Source of the DNA: an uncultured Myxococcales bacterium
GTDB taxonomy: Bacteria > Myxococcota_A > UBA9042 > DTJE01
Length of the DNA stretch: 64,000 bases
Assembly: GCA_903857665.1 (NCBI GenBank)
Contig: CAIOFV010000084.1
Span: 16,294-80,293 of the forward strand
Direction: 5' to 3'
The notes beneath the pieces were generated by a model. The model worked only from the letters and a program-made list of their open reading frames with translations, was not told the DNA's origin and did not search any database. The position numbers and the translations under genes were made by a program. Of this stretch, positions 38,801-46,400 are shown in pieces. Each line of letters begins with the position of its first letter. Position 1 is the first letter of the stretch.

Positions 38801-40082
38801 CAACGGTACCTGCGCCCAGTACTGGGGCGACTGCAACACCAACAAGCTGGCGGACGGCTGCGAGCAGGCCCTGAACACCGATCCCAACAACTGCGGTACG
38901 TGCGGATACGTCTGTCCCGCCCGGGCGCATGCGACCGCCACCTGCTCCGCGACGGGCACGTGCTTCTATACCTGCAACGACCCGTTGAACTGGCTGGACT
39001 GCAACGGCGATCTGAACAGCGCGACGTCCGACGGTTGCGAGTCCAACCTTCCGGACCTGGCTCACAGGTTCTACCGGGATGCGGACGGCGACGGCTATGG
39101 CAACGCGGCGGTCTTCCAGCAGGCGTGCTCTGCCCCGACCGGGTATGTTTCGAACAGCCAGGACTGCAACGACGGCAATGCGGCGATCAAGCCCGGAGCG
39201 ACCGAAGTCTGCGACGGGGTGGACAACGACTGCAACGGCTCTACGGATGAAGCACCGTTGTTGACGATGTGCCCCCTCACGGCCAACGTGGCGACGACCG
39301 TTTGCAACGGCACCTCGTTGTGCGGCATCGCGACATGCAATGCCGGCTACTACAACACCGATGTGGGCACCGCCGATCACGGCTACGCGAACGGCTGCGA
39401 GTGCCTGGCAGACACCTATGACCGGAACGGCCAGGCCACGACCTGTGCGGCCGCGGTCACCATGGGCACGCTGACGGACAATTCGACGCTGCAGGCCCTG
39501 GGTACCATCGGCGCCAACACCATCCCCAGCGGTGATACCGACTGGTACAGCGTGACCGTGACGAACAATGTCCAGAGCGGCACCTGGGCCGCCCCGAGCA
39601 ACGAGGCCTGGGGCGTCAAGTTCTGGCTGGACCAGGCCGCCAGCGATTCGTGCATCGCCTTCCAGGTGTACTCGGCCTGCGGCACCTTGTGGACCTGCGG
39701 CACCAACTGTACGGGGGGTGTAACCGACCTGAACCAGTTCCAGGATTCGTACAGCCTCGAGCGCCCGTGCGTCAACACCAACGCGAAGGGCGCGACCAAC
39801 GCCGGCCAGTGGAACTGCTGCGGCGGCGGCGGCACGGCTTGCGCGTTGCCCAACACCGCTGCGGTGGGCCTGGACGCGAATTGCGGCTACGCGGACGGAG
39901 GGGCTTTCCCGGGCGGCGCCCACGCGATCCATTACTGCAACACGACCAACGCCAGCGTCACCATGCCGGCCTCGAAGACCTACTACATCAACGTCTACCG
40001 CAAGACCACCGGTGGTTGCGTGGTGACCGCCCCGACCTGCGCCGGTGGCACGTATTCCCTGAAGGCCCAGAACATCTACTGA
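32868..40082 (+). CDS. Secreted giant fibre protein 3: tail collar, ~20 Cys-rich 53-aa repeats, FGE-sulfatase-type domain and a metal-binding DxDGDGYG module
   Basis: ATG after GAGGAGG and the same N-domain. Collar MPIGAIVAYGS...FNIPNMQGRFLRG...GEARPVNGAVQYIIKV. FGE motifs TEVTQ, CPVENINWYEA, RLPTEAEWEYA, NAWGIYDMAGNVAEW and RGGSY...GFRL. Then DADGDGYG...DCNDG...PGATEVCDGVDNDCNG. Confidence 0.88.
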   Translation: MRRAREFGSLLVAIGIGAYALPALAVVDPVPLTVNAQGVLRNVAGEGITQSLDVTVRFYADAVCIGTDPTCLRGQVATTLSVLEGVFSTDLPVLESWFLHQSQLYIEIDAGVVHLARTAVSSTGYAFQARFAEQSDQALGLSCVGCISGSDILDGSLANAQVASDAAIDISKISGASPTIHTHTGFILATPPADAAAIQAAFASITGTLTAPRFVDQDNKLYFFDPSDVGQSAALSPGVVIGTSATPSATAWLSVGALGEFQVDGNGNAAIAGVSYVWPAGIGSAGKALSQGSGSLLWSSPPVDAMGAGLLVKTGAQTQIMRNLTGTTGQVVVTNGSGSAGDPTLALAPNPMLPGTGGSRIPGGSATKPSPATTGMIRYNQDLGALEYYDGTTWKSVVSATEMLASMPIGAIVAYGSEIPPVGWMVCDGRMLSRTDYADLFRTISTYWGNQGSTVDKFNIPNMQGRFLRGADTTITPSLKVDKSPRDRLYDNGNNDLVGSYQVTQNQNHTHTTPMILGAPPSLASSNWLCHPDWGTIRESDPVARFLRPDGTADEVSLAPGITLELERSLKGLADARLLDPSLVPVSPESQAEAVMTNLSGEARPVNGAVQYIIKVSNCIDATCSSSCASGFADCDTDPNNGCETYLGSIGNCNGCTILCDYNHASEACRQTSSFVFGCQFLACDAGYADCNNWLGNGTTDRDGCEVNLPTDVLHCGGCNQFCSTQNITRACAGGSCESGLCATGWDDCNANKRLDGCETDIAGGMLNCGGCGKICSTNNITRSCSGFVCNGTCNAGYMDCNSNKLTDGCEIHTDADATNCGNCGVACSTNNIARSCAGGLCNAGICNTGFADCNNNKLTDGCEINLTNDVVNCNACGRVCSTQNIVRACVGGSCETPACNAGFADCNGNKQSDGCEINLNTDVLNCNACGRVCSTQNIARACVSGSCETPTCNLGFADCNGNKQSDGCEINLNTDVLNCNACGRVCSTANVNRACSGGSCQAGTCTGGYLDCNSNMQSDGCEVPPKCDTGLKGICRIGDNTCSGVVAQCNITNFPVADNATVGSDPNCDGWVLVPQNATTGGFQMGQAFNTEPTGRGADYLSRLVGGIPTGDASTGPQQTAYERAHTVTFANNAMWKTTEVTQKEWKALFHAYNPSTFKTCDGGNGDNCPVENINWYEAAAYANAMSGTNACYTFLNVICDDSPPTNVGSNAIGCFFDVSGNPISRGIASATVTLSSLYATPKDCPGYRLPTEAEWEYAYNGHLSTHKAFGTPAATNLGVAIPAGLTGDLTNLQAETCLNAGGDHAQTINVSREDTHLDLLGWYCFNAVNTTHPVGQKWPNAWGIYDMAGNVAEWTWDSFGENNLAYQGPLSIPLGAIWFTSADPVQYSAIGYGNASKRGGSYHDCSLYARGAFRSSAYLGTRDPGIGFRLMKSITCGGPGCFLECDRTHKDCDNDTKTCETDLETVASCGNCYQTCAQTNTTGGSCSGWPNFTCTSSCVAPFLDCDGNKGTPGSNGCEVNSSTDPANCGACLAACSTNNITRSCVGSSCESGVCNGGYADCNSNKRSDGCEINLTNDVLNCNTCGRVCSTYGITRSCAGGSCEGAACLTGYTDCNGNKQSDGCETNTGGDVTNCGGCGRVCSTNNISRACASSSCQAGTCLTGFADCNTNKQLDGCEINLNTDANNCNACGTVCSANNMATRTCGAGTCNGNCTNRFADCNGNKQSDGCEINMDTDVLNCNACGRVCSTQNIARACVGGSCETPACNGGFADCNGNKQSDGCEINLNTDVLNCNACGRVCSTQNIARSCVGGSCETPGCNAGFADCNTNKQSDGCEINILSGDIVNCGACGTGCSQNHITATCAAYNCESGSCASGYLDCNSNKRGDGCETEIFNNLSNCGGCGVVCSTNNISRVCSSGNCNSGSCTSPYLDCNNNKQSDGCEINPLTDASNCGGCGKVCSNNHIATPTCDGAGACNGTCAQYWGDCNTNKLADGCEQALNTDPNNCGTCGYVCPARAHATATCSATGTCFYTCNDPLNWLDCNGDLNSATSDGCESNLPDLAHRFYRDADGDGYGNAAVFQQACSAPTGYVSNSQDCNDGNAAIKPGATEVCDGVDNDCNGSTDEAPLLTMCPLTANVATTVCNGTSLCGIATCNAGYYNTDVGTADHGYANGCECLADTYDRNGQATTCAAAVTMGTLTDNSTLQALGTIGANTIPSGDTDWYSVTVTNNVQSGTWAAPSNEAWGVKFWLDQAASDSCIAFQVYSACGTLWTCGTNCTGGVTDLNQFQDSYSLERPCVNTNAKGATNAGQWNCCGGGGTACALPNTAAVGLDANCGYADGGAFPGGAHAIHYCNTTNASVTMPASKTYYINVYRKTTGGCVVTAPTCAGGTYSLKAQNIY
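35565..38500 (+). repeat. Near-identical 159-bp coding repeats (53 aa, 8 Cys) on both sides of the FGE-type domain
   Basis: Unit CNAGFADCNGNKQSDGCEINLNTDVLNCNACGRVCSTQNIARACVxGSCETPx at ~35565 and ~35724, and again at ~38010, ~38170 and ~38330. Confidence 0.9.
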
Positions 40083-40347
40083 CCGGCCCGCGATTCCCGC
40101 TGACCCCCTGCCACCACGCGCCACCGCGGCACAGCCCTGTCGCACCCCCCGCCCGGCGCCCGGCAACCGACACGCGGGTTTCCCCGCCCCCCGCCCGGCG
40201 TCGCCCCACTGCGCACTCATCCCAGGCTTGATTCCACTGGTCACGAATACCCGGATCGGTTACGCTTCTGCCGTCAGGGGAAGCGTGATGCCCGTTGGGG
40301 CCGTCCGAATCAATGCCCCCGACGCTCGTGAACAAGGGAGGCTGGCC

Positions 40348-43209
40348 ATGACGCGGAATCGCGGAATTCGGCACGGGGTAGCGGTCGTCGGGATCCTGCT
40401 GGCGCTGGGCCTGTTCGCCGCCTGCAGCAGCAGCAAGACATCGAAGGATCTGTTCGTCGAGGACGACACCGGGGACGTCATCGGTACGGACACCCCGTTG
40501 ACGGACTCGGATGTCGTCAAGGAGGACAACCCTTCCCTGGACGTCGCCGATGGAACCGATACCGGGGACGCGCCCACCGATCTGGGCGATGTCGCCACCG
40601 ATCTGGCGAGCGATCCGGGCTCGCCGCCCGGGGGGACCTGGACAGACCCGGTTTCAGGACTGGTATGGCAGGACCCGCCGGTTACCGGCACGCAGAAACT
40701 CCAGGCTGCCATCGACTATTGCGACGCGCTGACGCTTGCGAACCTCGACGACTGGCGCCTCCCCTCTGTCAGCGAACTGCGATCCCTGATCCGAGGCTGC
40801 CCGGCGACCGTGACTGGCGGCGCCTGCGAGGTGCTGGACTCGTGCCTTCAGGAATCCTGCAACTCCATTGATGCCTGCGCCAGTTGCACTTCGGGCCAGG
40901 GCCCGGGCGCGAGCCACTGCTACTGGGATCCGGTGCTGTCAGGGACCTGCGGGGCGCTCTGGTCGTCGTCCGTCGATGAAACCAATACCGGGCGCAACTG
41001 GATCATCGACTTCAGCCTCGGGGGCTTCGACATCGACGGCGGCCAGAACCTCCACCTGGTTCGATGCGTTCGCGGCGGAGCGAAGAAACTGAGTCCGCCG
41101 ACGCTCACCGCGCCGCTGGCCAATGCGTCCGTTTCGAGCCCGCTCCAGGTCCAGGGTACCGGCGAGCCGAATGCGATCGTGGCCGCGAAGCTCCTGAACG
41201 GCGATTCCGAGATCGGTTCGGCCAGCGCGAACGCGACCGGGACGGGGACGTTCGATTTCGCGGTCGCGTTCACGGACGCGGCGGCAGGCACGACCCTTAC
41301 CCTGTCCGTGACGCAGACGGTGGACATTCAGACCTCGGCTGCGGCCACCGTTTCCGTGAAACAGAAGGCCGTGACGCGCCATGCGTTGGGCGGGACGATC
41401 AGCCAGGCGGCCGGGGCCACCAGCGGCACCGTGGCCAAGGTGCGCCTGTACGCCAACGATACCGAGGCCGTGCAGTACCTCCAGGAAGCGGTCTTGACGG
41501 TGGTCGAAGGCGCGCTGGTAAGCGGCGTGCCCTACACGTTCCAGGTTCCGAACGGCTCCTACACCCTGCGCGCATTCCGCGACGTGGGCAGTTCGCTGGG
41601 GCGGGCCCCGGATGGCGAACCCACACTCGGAACGGATCCGCAGGCCCCGGGCCTGAACGTGGTCGTCAGCGACGCCGACGTCCAGGGAAAGAACCTGGTA
41701 CTGGCCGACACCGCCGCGGCGGCGCACTTCAATGGCTTCGACGTTTACACCATCAACGAGAGCGCCGTGGCCGAACCCCCGTCCTACACGCAAGGGGGAA
41801 CAATCGTGGCGGGAACCGGGCTGTGCCAGGGATACCACCTGATGCTGGCGAACGGGCCGCTTGTCGGCACCCGGGAGGACCTGACTGCCCCCAGCGTGGT
41901 GACGCCCTCGGGCGCGAGGGTGGCGCTGCTGGACGACGGCGGATGCGGAGCCGACGTCCACAACAACGCGAACCACAGCTACGATGCTGCGGCGGGTGAC
42001 AACCAGTTCTCGCTTGGCATCCCGGATCCGAATGCCACCAACGCGGGCCGGTACGTGTGCTTCTATCGGAACACCGCATTGAACATGATTCACAACGAGA
42101 TCGACGACGTCGCCCAGATCGTCAAGATGAGCCGACTGGTCTACCTGACGGCGCCCACCGGGTCCGCCCATTCGGCCACCCTGACGCCGACCTTCACGTG
42201 GACTGCGATCGGGGATGCCAACGCCTACAGCTTCGTTCTCGCGACGGGGAGCACGACCATCCGGCACGACTCTTCGACGGCGAGTTTCACGATGACGGAC
42301 GATTCTCTCGCCGATGTCACGGCCTACGACATGAAGATCAATCCGCGCCTGGAATCCGGCCCCGGGGATGTCGAGGCCACCGCGCTGGGTATCAACAACT
42401 ACTTCATCACGGATGTCAGCGGGACCCACGTGATCACCCTCAGCGGCACCATCGTCAACAACACGGGTGTGACGGCGGATCAGGTCGTGTACGCAAGCGA
42501 CAGTTCGTCCCTCTTCACCGGCAAGGACGGTTTCGAGGCCAGCGCACAGGTCACCACCGGAACGGCCTTTTCGCTGGAACTCCTGAAGCAGGCGGACTGT
42601 TCGACCGACGCGAAGCAGAGTTCGGTCCTCGTGCTCCTCGACGCGGACGGCGTGGGCGACCCGAAGGCCGCCGGGGCGTTCGTCGTCGCGCAGAGCAGCC
42701 TGCCGAGTTGCAGCGACACCACCGGCATCAACGTAAACCTGCGCCCGAGGGTCAATGTGCTGTATCCCCACGGTGGAGCAACGGCGGTGGGCGACACGCC
42801 GACCGCGACCTGGGAAGCGTACGAAACGACCTACTCCATCGCGACAGGCAATACCCTCGACATGACGAACAAGTCCTACCTGATGTATTTCGAGATGGTC
42901 AACAACAGTGCGAGCATGCCCCCCGTCGCCTACGCCCTGCCCAATTCGACGACCAGTTTCAACTTCGCCGCCCTTCCGACCCACAATGTCGATGTGATCA
43001 AGGTCCTTTCCGGAGGCACCGGGACCAGCGCGGCGAACCTGAGCGGCGATACCCAGTGGAGACTCTTCGTCGGCGTCATTGAATGCACCTTCGGCGATAG
43101 CGGGCAGGCCCTGACGGACTACTCGACGTGCCTGCAAGGCCTGGTCGTTGACGGCAAGGTTTCCACCTACGCACAGTCGCCCGGCGGGCTGCAGTTCTCG
43201 ACCCACTAG
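40348..43209 (+). CDS. Large lipoprotein: DUF1566/Lcl domain plus Ig-like and beta-sandwich domains
   Basis: Lipobox FAAC and an acidic linker. DPVSGLVWQ...AIDYC...DWRLPSVSEL...WSSS...VRCVRG. Ig-like VQGTGEPNA, and LLDDGG...DAAAGDNQFS (choice-of-anchor-X-like). Confidence 0.82.
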   Translation: MTRNRGIRHGVAVVGILLALGLFAACSSSKTSKDLFVEDDTGDVIGTDTPLTDSDVVKEDNPSLDVADGTDTGDAPTDLGDVATDLASDPGSPPGGTWTDPVSGLVWQDPPVTGTQKLQAAIDYCDALTLANLDDWRLPSVSELRSLIRGCPATVTGGACEVLDSCLQESCNSIDACASCTSGQGPGASHCYWDPVLSGTCGALWSSSVDETNTGRNWIIDFSLGGFDIDGGQNLHLVRCVRGGAKKLSPPTLTAPLANASVSSPLQVQGTGEPNAIVAAKLLNGDSEIGSASANATGTGTFDFAVAFTDAAAGTTLTLSVTQTVDIQTSAAATVSVKQKAVTRHALGGTISQAAGATSGTVAKVRLYANDTEAVQYLQEAVLTVVEGALVSGVPYTFQVPNGSYTLRAFRDVGSSLGRAPDGEPTLGTDPQAPGLNVVVSDADVQGKNLVLADTAAAAHFNGFDVYTINESAVAEPPSYTQGGTIVAGTGLCQGYHLMLANGPLVGTREDLTAPSVVTPSGARVALLDDGGCGADVHNNANHSYDAAAGDNQFSLGIPDPNATNAGRYVCFYRNTALNMIHNEIDDVAQIVKMSRLVYLTAPTGSAHSATLTPTFTWTAIGDANAYSFVLATGSTTIRHDSSTASFTMTDDSLADVTAYDMKINPRLESGPGDVEATALGINNYFITDVSGTHVITLSGTIVNNTGVTADQVVYASDSSSLFTGKDGFEASAQVTTGTAFSLELLKQADCSTDAKQSSVLVLLDADGVGDPKAAGAFVVAQSSLPSCSDTTGINVNLRPRVNVLYPHGGATAVGDTPTATWEAYETTYSIATGNTLDMTNKSYLMYFEMVNNSASMPPVAYALPNSTTSFNFAALPTHNVDVIKVLSGGTGTSAANLSGDTQWRLFVGVIECTFGDSGQALTDYSTCLQGLVVDGKVSTYAQSPGGLQFSTH

Positions 43210-43424
43210 CCTCTCCCGCCCCCGACTGCGACATAACCGCCCTACGAACCGGCCGCCCCCCTGCACTTCGGCAGGTTTTCCGTACCTCCACCCGCGGATT
43301 TTGGCTATAATCAATCGTCTTGCGTGCATCAGGGCGGACCGGGATCACGAAGAGAGTCGCGTGCGATACCCGAATCGGCCCTCTGTCCCGGTCTTCGGCA
43401 CTTCGATCCTTCGAGGAGGTTTCC

Positions 43425-46400
43425 ATGGCCCGGTGCATCAGGTTGCGTGATTCGTTGCGACGGATTGCTCTTCTGGCCGTGGTGGGTGCGCTGGCCTCCG
43501 GGTGCGGCGGCAGCAACAAACCGAAGGACGTCCTCTCGGACACGCAGGGAGAGGATGAGGATTCCCTGGTGGCGCCTGACATCCTGGATGTCCCGGACCT
43601 GGTGCCGGACGTGCCCGTCCGGGATCCGGGAACGGAAGTCGATGCCGCGGATGTCCCTGAAGACGAAATCGGACCCGTGGAGGTGTTCACGGAGGACGTC
43701 CACACGGACGCCGGTTGCGAGATCGATTCCGACTGTCCGGACCCGGGCCCCTGCCTGGTGGGCCGGTGCGTGGACGGGATCTGTTCCACCGAGGCTCGGG
43801 ACTGCCAGGATGGCGATCCCTGCACCAAGGATTCCTGCGATCAGACGACCGGGTGCGCCCACGACGCCATTTCGGGCTGCACCACCTGCGGTGTGAGTAC
43901 CGACTGCATCGGCCACGAACCGAACCAGTGCGTCCGCGGATCCTGCGGATTGCTGGACGCCGGGGATGCGTCCCCGCCCTGCCCTTCTGCCGGGTCCTGC
44001 CCGGACGGCCTCGAATGCAGCCCGGATTCCAGCCAGTGCGTGGCCCACGCGTGCCGCTGGATCACGCGCGTCTGCGATGACCAGGACCCCTGCACGACGG
44101 ACGGCTGCGACCCGGATCGCGGCTGCACCCACGTCCAGGCTGTCGATGCGCCCCCGGCGTGCCACACGTGCACGAAGGATCTGGATTGCGCGAACCTGGT
44201 GGCCGATCCCTGCAGCGTCATCACCTGCTACCTGACGTCCGGCCGATGCCGCGTGGATCCGAAGTCCTGCGACGACGGCAACCAGTGCACCGTGGATTCC
44301 TGCGATCCCGCGACGGGTTGCCTCCATGTCGAAAAGGTGTGCAACGACGGGGACTCCTGCACGACCGATTCCTGCAACCCCGCCACCGGCACATGCGTCG
44401 CCATCGACCTGTCGTGCGATGACGGCGATGCCTGCACGACCGACTTCTGCGTGCCGGGCGTGGGCTGCCAGCACAACCCGTTGTCGTGCGATGACCGGAA
44501 CCCCTGCACCGAGGATCGCTGCACGGGCGGCCAGTGCACCTGGGAAAACAAGACGTGCGACGATGGGAATGCGTGCACGGCGGACACGTGCGTCCGGACG
44601 GACGGCAGTTGCAAGTCGGTGCAGCGGACGTGCGACGACGGCAATCCCTGCACGCTCGATTCCTGCGACAGGACCGCCGGTTGCATCCACACCGACATCG
44701 CCTGCTCGGACAACGACGCCTGCACTCTGGATCGATGCGATCCGGCCCTCGGTTGCGTCCACCAGCGCCTGCCGTCCTGCCCGTGCACCACCAACGCCCA
44801 GTGCAACGACGGGAACGCCTGCACGACGGAGGTCTGCGATACGGGCGTCTGCAAGTACGTGGCCACGCAGTGCTCCGATGGCGACGCCTGCACCGCCGAC
44901 TGGTGCGACGCGGCCACCGGAACGTGCCAGAAAGTCGTCCGGGATTGCGAGGACAACGACCCCTGCACGATCGACCTGTGTGCGCCCGGGGTGGGATGCG
45001 TTCACTCCGCGCAGGCCTGCGACGATCAGAACCCGTGCACCACGGATCTGTGCGACCGCGTGACGGGGGCGTGCGCGCATGTCGTGAAGGACTGCGACGA
45101 CGGCAACCCTGTCACCGTGGACCGTTGCAATCCCGACACGGGGAACTGCACCAACGTCCCGACAACCTGCTCGGACGGCGACTCGTGCACGACCGACACC
45201 TTCGATGCAATCAGCGGAACCTGTCGCCATACCATGATCAACTGTGACTACAACAACGCGTGCACGACCGATTCCTGCATTCCCCTGAAGGGATGCGTGC
45301 ACCTGCCGTCCCCGAAGCCCGGATGCTCCACCGCCTGTCTGATCGACAAGGATTGCTCGGACGGGAACCCCTGCACGGTGGATCAATGCGATCAGGCGAC
45401 CAAGTTGTGCGGATACACCGTGAAGGATTGTTCGGACGGGAACCCCTGCACCCTGGACGAATGCAACTCGACGACCGGAGCCTGCAAGAACACGCTGAAC
45501 ACCTGCAACGACCTCAATCCGTGCACGATCGACTCGTGCGACGCCGTGACGGGGGCGTGCGTCCACACCGACAAGAACTGCGATGACGGCAACCCCTGCA
45601 CGACGGACATCTGCGACCAGACGACCGGCAAGTGCCTTTCCACCCCCGTCATCGTGGACGATGGCGACGCCTGTACGGTGGATCGTTGCGACCCGGTTTC
45701 CGGGGTCATCCTGCACCTGCAGGCATCCTGCGACGACGGGGACCTCTGCACGATCGACAAGTGCGATCCTGCGACCGGGGCCTGCATCAACACGGTCAAG
45801 ACCTGCGAGGACCTGGACGCCTGCACCGCGGACTCCTGCGACCCCTCGACGGGTGCGTGCCTGAACGTGCGCAAGTCCTGCGATGACGGGGACCCGTGCA
45901 CCCAGGATTCCTGTCACCCGATGACGGGGCAGTGCCTGCACACGAAGCGTTCCTGCGATGACGGAAATACCTGCACGATGGATTCGTGCGATTCCGCTTC
46001 CGGCGCCTGTGTGCACCAGGATCGATCCTGCGACGATGGCGAGCCCTGCTCCGTGGACTCGTGCGTCCGAAACGTGGGATGCGTCCATACGCCCCTGTCG
46101 TGCGACGACGGGGATCCCTGTACCGTCGATGCCTGCGAAGGCACGGGCTGCAGTCATCGGCCCGTCGCGAACTGCAAGGCCTGCACCGTCGCCACGGATT
46201 GCCAGGTGACGGATCCGTGCGCCGTGGGCGTGTGCAACCAGGCGACGCACCAGTGTTCCTGGACGTACGCCGACTGCAACGACCGGGACCCCTGCACCGC
46301 CGATTCGTGCATCGCCGGGACGGGCACCTGCAAGCACACGCGGAAGGACTGCAACGACGGCCTGGCATGCACCTACGACTACTGCGACTCGACCTCTGGT

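Noticed and set aside
27396..40082. Prophage or tailocin suggested by the tail-collar domains
   Set aside because: All three proteins have signal peptides, and no structural, packaging, lysis or integrase genes are present.
36080..41080. Diversity-generating retroelement targeting the FGE or DUF1566 (CLec-fold) domains
   Set aside because: There is no reverse transcriptase in the window, and I found no non-coding template repeat differing only at adenines. These two domains are also internal rather than C-terminal. A remote DGR cannot be excluded.
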